Assembly (NCBI RefSeq): GCF_044704955.1
Contig: NC_091980.1
Coordinates: 130,572,001 to 130,636,000 of the forward strand
Length of the DNA stretch: 64,000 bases
Reading direction: 5' to 3'
From: Pristiophorus japonicus
Taxonomy: Eukaryota
The notes beneath the pieces are model-generated. The model was not told where the DNA came from. It made no database searches and saw nothing but the letters and a program-made list of their open reading frames with translations. Position numbers and translations under genes: made by a program. Positions 1 through 9,188 of this stretch are shown one piece after another; positions within the stretch are counted from its first letter, which is position 1; the number at the start of each line of letters is the position of its first letter.

Positions 1-435
1 CCTTTTTTGCTGAATACTAAATTGCTCCCAATCCTCAGGATTGCTACTTGTTCTGGCAACTTTGTATGACTCCTCTTTGGATCTAATACTATCCTTATAT
101 TCTTGTGTAAACCATGGTTGGGCCACTTTTCCTTTTGTGTTTTTGCAGCAGAAAGGAATGTATAATTGTTGCAATTCATGCATTCGTTACTTAAATGTTA
201 GCCATTGACTATCCACCATCATGCCTTTTAATGACTCTTCCCAATCTATCATAGCCATTCCTCATACCTTCATAGTTTCCTCTGTTTAGATTTAGGACCT
301 AGTTTTGGATTGGACATCTTCACTTTCAGTCTTCACGAAGATTGAAAATCATGTTATGAACATTCTTCCCTAAAGGACCCCGCACAAAAAGACTATTAAT
401 TAACCCCTTCTCATTGTACAATACCCAATCTACGA
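1..435 (-). mobile_element. Decayed CR1 LINE (5' part of the copy seen whole at 26330-28250)
   Basis: Paralogous sequence translates to [12 protein letters not shown]...DWEQF, homologous to the ORF at 3821-6007. Confidence 0.75.
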
Positions 436-553
436 TAGCTATTCTGACATGTTGAAGACCTAATTTCACTTGCATGTATATGTAATGACTCAAAAATCTG
501 GTTACTGTAAACTCACTCAGGTGCAACATCATCCATCTTTATTCCAGTGCCAG

Positions 554-689
554 AAAATTTGATTTTAGCGCCCCAAAAAAAAACAAAAACCAAAAAAAAA
601 AAAGGGGCCTTGAAAATGTCTGCTGTGTCACCCAGGTCGGGTGGCACCGTTTAATGTTTTATGTTTTGCAGGTGAACTCCAAAAAGAGT
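554..689. mobile_element. 136-bp insertion with 12-bp target-site duplication (probable truncated non-LTR retroelement)
   Basis: TTCCAGTGCCAG at both 542-553 and 690-701; a single copy at the empty paralogous site near 58732. Confidence 0.75.
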
Positions 690-780
690 TTCCAGTGCCA
701 GTGTGACAAAGACACCCAGCTTATATACAGGTGATCAAGCACACATGCCACGTGAAAACAGCCCGATGATCTCTGACCGC

Positions 781-796
781 AGCGCCCTCTGGTGTC
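781..796 (-). promoter_or_regulatory. CTCF-like motif (also at 28459-28474 and 58823-58838)
   Basis: Reverse complement GACACCAGAGGGCGCT is close to the CTCF core CCACCAG(A/G)GGGCGC. Motif match only. Confidence 0.5.
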
Positions 797-1165
797 TTGT
801 GACTACCAAGCATTAATCCATAAGAGTATATCTTGCAAATTCTATTCATGCATTTCAATCGAGCATTGCAATGCTGTAATCCAACAATTGAAAATGATCA
901 CGTTTGTTCAGCCACATAAGGCAGTGGGACCACAGGTACATTTTAGTGTCTTAAAAGAGGCAGAGAGGTTTACATAACATTCGTATGCCATTTGGCACCT
1001 CGAGCCTGTTACGCCAATCAGTAAAATCGTGACTGGTCTGATCTTGGTCTCAACACTTTCCTGCCTGTTCCCCATAACCCTTGACTCCGCTATTGTTAAA
1101 AAATCTATCCATCTCCACCTTAAATGTATTCAATGACCCTGCCTCCACACACGCACACAGACACA

Positions 1166-1321
1166 CAGTACTGAGGGAGTGCCGCACTGTCAGAGGGGCA
1201 GTACTGAGGGAGTGCAGCACTGTTAGAGGGGCAGTACTCACAGGATTTTGCACTGTCGGAGCGGCAGCACTAAGGGATTGCCACATTGTCTGAAGAGCAG
1301 TACTGAGGCATTGTTGCACAG
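1166..1321 (+). repeat. 33-bp minisatellite (CAGTACTGAGGGAGTGCCGCACTGTCAGAGGGG)n, about 4.7 units
   Basis: Direct repeats preceded by a CA-rich tract and a CR1 3' fragment; paralogues at 28856-29077 and 59214-59369. Confidence 0.9.
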
Positions 1322-1564
1322 ACTCATGTTTGATTCAGGTGGGTCAACTGTGCTCATTGGTGGCATCTCCCCTGAAAGGGTAGTGCCTGTGGTGTGATTG
1401 GTGGCTCCGGATCTGAATCACTGCCGCACTCTCTGCCCCATCTAAAGCAGAGTTTTAATCCAAGGGAACACCTCTCATCAGCTCATCCAGGACTGAACCA
1501 CTTCTGCACTGAAATCAGACGTCACGGCTTTGGATCTCCGAGATACACCAGCATGAAAGGTCAA

Positions 1565-1817
1565 TGACCAGAGGGGAGAGATGAGGACGATTATTTTAAC
1601 GCAGGGAGTCGTTGTGATCCGGAACGCACTGCCTGAAAGGGCGGTGGAATCAGATTCAACAGTAACTTTGAAGAGGGAATTGCAAATATACTTGACAAAA
1701 GTTGCAGGGCTATGGGGAAGGAGCTGAGGAGTGGGACGAATTGGATCGCTCTTTCAAAGTGCCTGCACAGGCACGATGGGCCGAATGGCCTCTTTCTGTG
1801 CTGATAGAATCTATGAT
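1565..1817 (+). mobile_element. CR1 3'-end fragment
   Basis: Similar to the CR1 ORF2 C-terminus and 3'UTR (GGGCCGAATGGCCTC...CTATGAT). Confidence 0.7.
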
Positions 1818-2009
1818 GAGCCAGATAGTTAGAGCATATCTGAGCCTCATCATTTCAATCAGATTTAAATATTCATCATTTCAATCAGATTTAAATATTC
1901 TTTCGAGTCACTGAAAACCGACTGTAAAAGGACACGTCTAACACATCAAATTGAGGGGCAGGAAAAGACCAGCTGGTCCATCAAGCCTGCCCCAAAACAT
2001 GCCGGAGCA

Positions 2010-2382
2010 AATCATAGAATCATAGAATGGTTACAGCACAGAGGGAGGCCATTCGGCCCGTCGAGCCCGTGCCGGCTCTCTTCAAGAGCACTTCAGCTAG
2101 TCCCACTCCCCCGCCCTTCCCCTGCAACCCTGCTATTAATTTTTCCTTCAGGTACTTATCCAATTCCCTTTTGAAAGCCACGATTGAGTCTACCTCCACC
2201 ACCCTCTCGGGCATTGCATTCCAGATCCCAACCACTCGCTGTGTAAACATGTCGCCTTTGGTTCTTTTGCCAGTCACATTAAATCTGTGTCTTCTGGTTC
2301 TCGACCCTTCTGCCAATGGGAACTGTTCCTGTCTATCGACTCTGTCCAGACACCTCATGATTTGGAATCCCTCTATCAAATG
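2010..2382 (-). mobile_element. CR1 3'-end fragment with (ATTCTATG)n tail
   Basis: ORF 2020..2379 reads FPLAEGSRTRRH...FTQRVVGIWN...FKRELDKYL; tail ATCATAGAATCATAGAAT. Paralogues near 29767-30125 and 60058-60430. Confidence 0.85.
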
Positions 2383-2819
2383 GAGATGTGGGTGACAATG
2401 TGTTCAGTCATGTTCATTCCCTCTCATTCTCACTCACTATATTGAATTTTACCAGGCATCATTCCATGAGAATGAAAATGACAGATCGTTGATGCCCCCA
2501 TGTAGCCAATCCTCAGACACATGCCCATTCTCTATATTCGAACTGGGGGCAGTTCACACCACCCACAAGATGGAATTCCCATTCCACTGGCCAATGCTTG
2601 GTTTGTAAATGCACCAAGACGACTTGATTGCTTTGAATATTGTCTCAGTGCCACAGAAACTTGCAAGTAACAAACTTCGCCAGATTGTGAAAAACTCCTT
2701 TGGCGAAAGTAGAAAATTATCATTTCATTCAAGTGAGAGCTTGAAACAACGGCACACTTTCAGATTTGAAGACGTTCAAGGAACCCAAAGGCAGTGACAT
2801 CACCAAGACTGATCTTCCC

Positions 2820-2961
2820 CAGCCCCCTCCGCCGAACCCCCTCTCCTTTGTTAATTGGTGCCTCAATTCAGGGAAGATTCCTGATTGGCTCTGAGGGATT
2901 GTCAATCATCATTGGTGATGTCATACCCTGTTTGAATGCAGCTGTTCCAATAGTATAAATA
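2820..2961 (+). promoter_or_regulatory. Type A ferritin promoter (TATA plus multiple CCAAT boxes)
   Basis: TATAAATA at 2954-2961, 76 nt before the ATG; ATTGG at 2854, 2884, 2911; CCAAT at 2947; GC-box-like CCCCCTCCGCC near 2823. Confidence 0.7.
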
Positions 2962-3029
2962 CAGGAGCTTGTGCAAGATAGAGTGATTTCTAGAACTGTG
3001 CAGGTGATAGTGAAATATAGATAGAGAAG

Positions 3030-6000
3030 ATGGCCTCCCAAGTGTGTCAGAACTACCACAAGGACTGTGAGGCTGCTGTCAACAAGCAGATCAACATGGA
3101 GCTCTGTTCCTCCTATGTTTACCTCTCCATGGTGAGTTGTGTATTCCTTGTTGCTGCATTCTGAAAAGTTGTTAATTCTCCAGTTCAATGAATTGGCTTT
3201 AAGTTGTATTTCTCTTGACTTCCTTCCCTGGGGGAGCAGAGTCTTTGGGCAGTGAGAACTTCAACTGTGTAATACAGGGGATCTTGTTGAGTTCATGGAC
3301 TGCTCCCTACAGCAGCTGCTCTCTATTGAAGTTTAATATCGGAAATCAGCTCAGCTGCTGCCTGAGTGTGACAGAAGAGCACAAACCTGGTCAGGGGCCT
3401 GTTGACCTGAGACAATGTTCAGTTTCAGTGGGGGACTGCAGTGAGTGAAATGTGGGTAGGTTCTCATTAGTGCTCTCATTAATTGGAGGTGATGTACTGA
3501 GAATCCTGCTGTTGGAGCCCTGCTCACTGCTGAGATCTCTTGCACTATTGTTGTGTAAACTACTGGAGTGGAGGATTTTTCTCACTCCATGTCCACACTT
3601 TGATTTAGAATGGAAGAAGAATCATTTCTATAATGCCTTTCACTACCTTGGAATATCCCAAGTGCTTTGTAGCCAATGAAGGAGTTAAGTGTAGTTACCT
3701 GTTATGTGGGAAATGCAGCAGCCAATTAGTGCACAGGATGCTCCCACAAACTGAAATTAGATAATGATCAGATCATCTGTTTTAGTGGTGTTGGTTGAGG
3801 GATAAATATTAGCCAGGAATATGGTGGAATTCTGCATTAGGATGGAGAATGAAACAGTTAATTCAGAGACCATGGTCCAGAACTTAAAGAAGGCTAACTT
3901 TGAAGGTATGAGGCGTGAATTGGCTGAGATGGATTGGCGAATGATACTTAAGGGGTTGACTGTGGATGGGCAATGGCAGACATTTAGAGACCGCATGGAT
4001 GAACTACAACAATTGTACATTCCTGTCTGGCATAGAAATAAAAAAGGGAAGGTGGCTCAACCGTGGCTATCAAGGGAACTCAGGGATAGTATTAAAGCCA
4101 AGGAAGTGGCATACAAATTGGCCAGAAATAGCAGCGAACCTGGGGACTGGGAGAAATTTAGAACTCAGCAGAGGAGGACAAAGGGTTTGATTAGGGCAGG
4201 GAAAATGGAGTATGAGAAGAAGCTTGCAGGGAACATTAAGACGGATTGCAAAAGTTTCTATAGATATGTAAAGAGAAAAAGGTTAGTAAAGACAAATGTA
4301 GGTCCCCTGCAGTCAGAATCAAGGGAAGTCATAACGGGGAACAAAGAAATGGCGGACCAATTGAACAAGTACTTTGGTTCGGTATTCACGAAGGAGGACA
4401 CGAACAACCTTCCGGTTATAAAAGGGGTCGGGGGGTCTAGTAAGGAGGAGGAACTGAGGGAAATCCTTATTAGCCGGGAAATTGTGTTGGGGAAATTGAT
4501 GGGATTGAAGGCCGATAAATCCCCAGGGCCTGATGGACTGCATCCCAGAGTACTTAAGGAGGTGGCCTTGGAAATAGTGGATGCGTTGACAGTCATTTTC
4601 CAACATTCCATTGACTCTGGATCAGTTCCTATGGAGTGGAGGGTAGCCAATGTAACCCCACTTTTTAAAAAAGGAGGGAGAGAGAAAACAGGGAATTATA
4701 GACCGGTCAGCCTGACATCGGTAGTGGGTAAAATGATGGAATCAATTATTAAGGATGTCATAGCAGTGCATTTGGAAAGAGGTGACATGATAGGTCCAAG
4801 TCAGCATGGATTTGTGAAAGGGAAATCATGCTTGACAAATCTTCTGGAATTTTTTGAGGATGTTTCCAGTAGAGTGGATAAGGGAGAACCAGTTGATGTG
4901 GTATATTTGGACTTTCAGAAGGCGTTCGACAAGGTCCCACACAAGAGATTGATGTGCAAAGTTAGAGCACATGGGATTGGGGGTAGTGTACTGACATGGA
5001 TTGAGAACTGGTTGTCAGACAGGAAGCAAAGAGTAGGAGTAAATGGGTACTTTTCAGAATGGCAGGCAGTGACTAGTGGGGTACCGCAAGGTTCTGTGCT
5101 GGGGCCCCAGCTGTTTACACTGTACATTAATGATTTAGATGAGGGGATTAAATGTAGTATCTCCAAATTTGCGGATGACACTAAGTTGGGTGGCAGTGTG
5201 AGCTGCGAGGAGGATGCTGTGAGGCTGCAGAGCGACTTGGATAGGTTAGGTGAGTGGGCAAATGCATGGCAGATGAAGTATAATGTGGATAAATGTGAGG
5301 TTATCCACTTTGGTGGTAAAAACAGAGAGACAGACTATTATCTGAATGGTGACAGATTAGGAAAAGGGGAGGTGCAAAGAGACCTGGGTGTCATGGTACA
5401 TCAGTCATTGAAGGTTGGCATGCAGGTGCAGCAGGCGGTTAAGAAAGCAAATGGCATGTTGGCCTTCATAGCAAGGGGATTTGAGTACAGGGGCAGGGAG
5501 GTGTTGCTACAGTTGTACAGGGCATTGCTGAGGCCACACCTGGAGTATTGTGTACAGTTTTGGTCTCCTAACCTGAGGAAGGACATTCTTGCTATTGAGG
5601 GAGTGCAGCGAAGGTTCACCAGACTGATTCCCGGGATGGCGGGACTGACCTATCAAGAAAGACTGGATCAACTGGGCTTGTATTCACTGGAGTTCAGAAG
5701 AATGAGAGGGGACCTCATAGAAACATATAAAATTCTGACGGGGTTAGACAGGTTAGATGCAGGAAGAATGTTCCCAATGTTGGGGAAGTCCAGAACCAGG
5801 GGTCACAGTCTAAGGATAAGGGGTAAGCCATTTAGGACCGAGATGCGGAGGAACTTCTTCACCCAGAGAGTGGTGAACCTGTGGAATTCTCTACCACAGA
5901 AAGTTGTTGAGGCCAATTCAGTAAATATATTCAAAAAGGAGTTAGATGAGGTCCTTACTGCTAGGGGGATCAAGGGGTATGGCGAGAAAGCAGGAATGGG

Positions 6001-9000
6001 GTACTGAAGTTGAATGTTCAGCCATGAACTCATTGAATGGCCTACTCCTGCACCTATTTTCTATGTTTCTATGTTTCTATGTAGGACACTGCAGAGAGCT
6101 CCTTGCAGTAGTATCTAGAACATGGAGAAGGCTTGAGGGACCAATGGCTGACTCCTGTCATTCACTAAGATCATTGCTAATCTTGTACCTCAACTCCACC
6201 TCCTGCACTGTCCCCATATCCTTTGCTATCCAAAAATCTATTGCTCTTGAATAGACTCAATGACTGGAATTCTCTAACCCAGGAGCTGTGGAGGCTCAAA
6301 GAGTCATCATGGAGTGAAGAAATTTCTCCTCATCTCAGTCCTCAATGACCCCTGGTTCTAGTCTCTCTCCAGCAAGGGGAACCATCCTCCCTGCATCCAA
6401 TCCTTCAAGTCCTGTAAGAATTTTGTACATTCCTAATGACATCACCTCTCATCCTTTGAACCTTGAATAGAGGCTCAGTCTGCTCAATCTCTCCTCCTTG
6501 ATCTTTCACATCCACCTCATGACTGACACACTCTTGTGTGAATGGCAGAAAGTAGAGGAGGTGTTGCTTATCCAGGAGTAGAATTTAGTTTGACTGGACA
6601 TGAAATATAATCCTGAACTTTAGTTTTATATGTTCAACCAGCAAAGGAAAAACTTTCATCATGCTATGGGGAGGTGAGGCTCAACTCCAATTGATGAAGT
6701 CAATGGCATTTTGCTAGTTTACAAATGGTGTCTATCTTATTAAGAATTCATTCATTCTGGGGAAAAATAACTCTTGCATTGTATATGAAGATCAAGGTCT
6801 AAATAGGCTGTCTTAATTTCTCTCTGCAGTCCTTCTACTTTGACCGGGATGATGTTGCCCTGCGTCACTTTGCTGAGTTCTTCAAGGAGCAGTCACATGA
6901 GGAACGTGAGCATGCTGAGAAACTGATGCAATTCCAGAATCGCCGTGGAGGACGGATCATCTTGTCTGACATCAAGGTTTGGTTCAAATCTTTAGTGGCC
7001 TTCTGTCTGGATACCCTTAGACCTGATTGTTTCAAATACCTCCTAAAGCAATTGATTCCGTGGTAGTGGAATTCAGTAATTCTATATTCCTGTGACATTG
7101 TTTATGGTAAAATGGACTTCTGGTTGCTTTTTTATCCTATTTTTCTTTGTACAGTCTTTTGTATTTTGTTTGTTCCATTGTAAGTGAACTACCTGTGATT
7201 TTCCTCTTCAGAAACCAGAGCAGGATGAGTGGAGCAATGGTCTGGATGCAATGCAGAGAGCTCTGCAGATGGAGAAGAATGTGAACCAGAGTCTGCTGGA
7301 TCTGCACACAATCTCCACTGGGAGCACTGACCCTCATGTAAGTTCCTCATGTGGGTTTCTGGGCAACTTGGAGGTGGTGGAACATTGCTATCCTTGAGCT
7401 GTTTCAAAAGTGCTCCATGTCCAATAGCTTTGTTTTTAGGGGGGGTGGTCTCTCTTGGGTTCTTCAGGGGGTGGGGGAGAGGACCATGAAGTTGGCCAAC
7501 TGTGGACATTGAGACATAAATGGGTCCCAATGTTTCCAGGATCTGAGCTCTCATTTGTAGGGGAGGATGAAAACCCCCTCATTTTACCCAGAAGGAAAAG
7601 GGCTGTGGGATCAGTCTGTGCTGTGAATTGAAACCGATGGAAGGAAAACTTTGGGACACAAATGGAGACCCCCCCCCCCCCAGTGTTTGGACTCAAAGGA
7701 AAGGGAATTTAATTTGGAACTATCTACCAAAAAGTTTGAAATCCTCAAGTACACATGGAAGAAACTATGAACTTTCATCGAATTTGGGATTTTTTAAAAG
7801 GTCTGCAAGAAAAGGGGTGGAGTCAATATCAAAAGGGCCAGTTTGGACATTGGAACTAATCAAATTGTCTGGGAACTGTATACCCTCGAAACTTGCCCCT
7901 TGAAAACATTAGCATTTAAACAATGCCACATACATATTCCAACACCTTTTTCATCAGGCATAGAAATATCTGGCTCAGGCCAGACTAGCACAATGGCTAC
8001 AGGAGGCCAATGCAATCAACACCCACTCAAACCTTGAGTAGGTTAAGATCAGTGGGGGAAAAAAAACCTACAAACATCAAACTGCTGCATTTTTCAAAAT
8101 CAAAAGTCCACCAATGAGAAGAATCGACTTCAGCAGGAGAGGCGGACTGGATAATCTGGCTATCAACAAGGGGTTTCTGACGTAGTGAAAAAAGAAATGA
8201 TGATTTTCCCTGCCCTCATGATTCAACAACCACAACCACAACCACAAGCCTCTCGACACTGAAGGAAAACCAGTGTCCGAAGATAGAAGAAACAAACCAC
8301 CAGACTGCGGAAGGCACAGTAGTGAGTATAACCTCCGGTCCCCAGAACTCCCAACTCAGTTAGGCCAGGAAAGGTGGGAGGTTGGGCATTGTACTGCTAA
8401 ACTGGTGTAAAGATTTTTGTTGGGTCTGTTTTTGTGGGATTTAGGGGGATTGTTTTGTTGGTGTATTGCTGTTTGTTGAATTACACCTTGTCAAATAAAT
8501 TGGAAGCCTAAAGTTCCTCTTGGAATCACCTTGTCTCAGTTCTATTGTATTACATCTCCTGATCATGAGTCTTATGCCAGAACCGTGTAAGGGAAGCTAG
8601 GAGTGCCTTGAAAACGCTCAACTGTGTGTCACAGGCTAGGGAAGAAGGTGTTAGGAGTGTTTGACACTCACAGGTGTCTCACAGGCTAGGCAAAAGCTGT
8701 GGGGACGCACGAGTCTCAAAACCCCCTTCATAAGCTGTGGATACAGTCTCTCCAGGGGTGCTCTTGCAGCACTCTGGGTACTTCACAGGTCAGGCATAAG
8801 CTGTGAGGGCAGAAGCCCAGAGAGAGACACCCAAGGCACAACAACAACCCTGTGAAAACCCCTTGCACATTGCACAGTAGCAACTGGATCATTAGAGCAA
8901 ATGTACATCAATTTCAATTGCCCAACCTGATCCTTCTCCACTCCTAGAGAATTAAAATCCTAACTTGGGGGGGGATGCACTGATCCTTGATATCTGTTAC

Positions 9001-9188
9001 TGGCCATAACTCATTTCCCTCTTCTCTTTCAGTTGTGTGACTTCCTGGAGACCCACTACTTGGATGAACAAGTCAAGATGATCAAGAAGCTTGGTGATCA
9101 CATCACCAACCTGAAGAGACTGGGAGCCCCTGAGAATGGCATGGGAGTGTACTTTTTTGACAAGCACACTCTGGAGGAGAGTGACTAA
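3030..9188 (+). CDS. FTH1: Ferritin heavy/middle-type subunit, type A copy 1 (176 aa, 4 exons)
   Basis: Exons 3030-3131, 6830-6976, 7212-7337, 9033-9188, all GT-AG, phase 0. Protein [176 protein letters not shown]. Intron positions match vertebrate ferritins. E27, Y34, E61, E62, H65, E107 and Q141 are present. AATAAA at 9306-9311. The symbol is family-level only; orthology (H vs M/heavy-chain-B) is unresolved. Confidence 0.95.
3625..3818 (-). mobile_element. SINE/L2-tail-like fragment in type A intron 1
   Basis: Resembles, from recollection, the 3' tail of a common shark SINE (CCCAAAGCGCTTTACAGCCAATGAAG...GGTTGAGGGATAAATATTGGCCAGGACAC type); not database-checked. Confidence 0.45.
3819..6082 (+). 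mobile_element. Young 5'-truncated CR1 LINE in A1 intron 1
   Basis: 4-bp TSD AGGA (3815-3818 and 6083-6086), (TTTCTATG)n tail, empty sites in A2 (near 31553) and A3 (near 61865). Confidence 0.97.
3821..6007 (+). CDS. CR1 ORF2 reverse transcriptase (endonuclease domain truncated), 728 aa uninterrupted
   Basis: Motifs [40 protein letters not shown] and [11 protein letters not shown]. Confidence 0.93.
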   Translation: MVEFCIRMENETVNSETMVQNLKKANFEGMRRELAEMDWRMILKGLTVDGQWQTFRDRMDELQQLYIPVWHRNKKGKVAQPWLSRELRDSIKAKEVAYKLARNSSEPGDWEKFRTQQRRTKGLIRAGKMEYEKKLAGNIKTDCKSFYRYVKRKRLVKTNVGPLQSESREVITGNKEMADQLNKYFGSVFTKEDTNNLPVIKGVGGSSKEEELREILISREIVLGKLMGLKADKSPGPDGLHPRVLKEVALEIVDALTVIFQHSIDSGSVPMEWRVANVTPLFKKGGREKTGNYRPVSLTSVVGKMMESIIKDVIAVHLERGDMIGPSQHGFVKGKSCLTNLLEFFEDVSSRVDKGEPVDVVYLDFQKAFDKVPHKRLMCKVRAHGIGGSVLTWIENWLSDRKQRVGVNGYFSEWQAVTSGVPQGSVLGPQLFTLYINDLDEGIKCSISKFADDTKLGGSVSCEEDAVRLQSDLDRLGEWANAWQMKYNVDKCEVIHFGGKNRETDYYLNGDRLGKGEVQRDLGVMVHQSLKVGMQVQQAVKKANGMLAFIARGFEYRGREVLLQLYRALLRPHLEYCVQFWSPNLRKDILAIEGVQRRFTRLIPGMAGLTYQERLDQLGLYSLEFRRMRGDLIETYKILTGLDRLDAGRMFPMLGKSRTRGHSLRIRGKPFRTEMRRNFFTQRVVNLWNSLPQKVVEANSVNIFKKELDEVLTARGIKGYGEKAGMGY
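6140..6500 (-). mobile_element. Decayed CR1 3' fragment in type A intron 1
   Basis: GAAGAAATTTCTCCTCATCTCAGTCCT etc. is the reverse complement of the CR1 3' end; contains an inverted 32-mer. Confidence 0.7.
7556..8867. mobile_element. 1312-bp solo LTR in A1 intron 3
   Basis: Termini TGTAGGGG...CCCCTTGCA, 4-bp TSD CATT (7552-7555 and 8868-8871), internal AATAAA, no coding capacity; absent from A2 (near 33024). Confidence 0.8.

Noticed and set aside
1166-1321. 33-bp repeats as a CRISPR array
   Set aside because: No unique spacers, no cas genes, eukaryotic context.
1847-1900. 26-bp tandem duplication TCATCATTTCAATCAGATTTAAATAT x2
   Set aside because: Simple slippage duplication shared by all units; no sign of function.
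2868-3188. Repeated minus-strand ORFs (2868..3188, 7137..7337, 8997..9203, 32501..33169 and paralogues) as antisense genes
   Set aside because: They are reverse-frame shadows of ferritin exons and recur only because of the duplication.
3821-6007. 728-aa RT ORF as a host gene or autonomous element
   Set aside because: It is 5'-truncated, lacks the endonuclease and ORF1, and has a TSD and empty paralogous sites.
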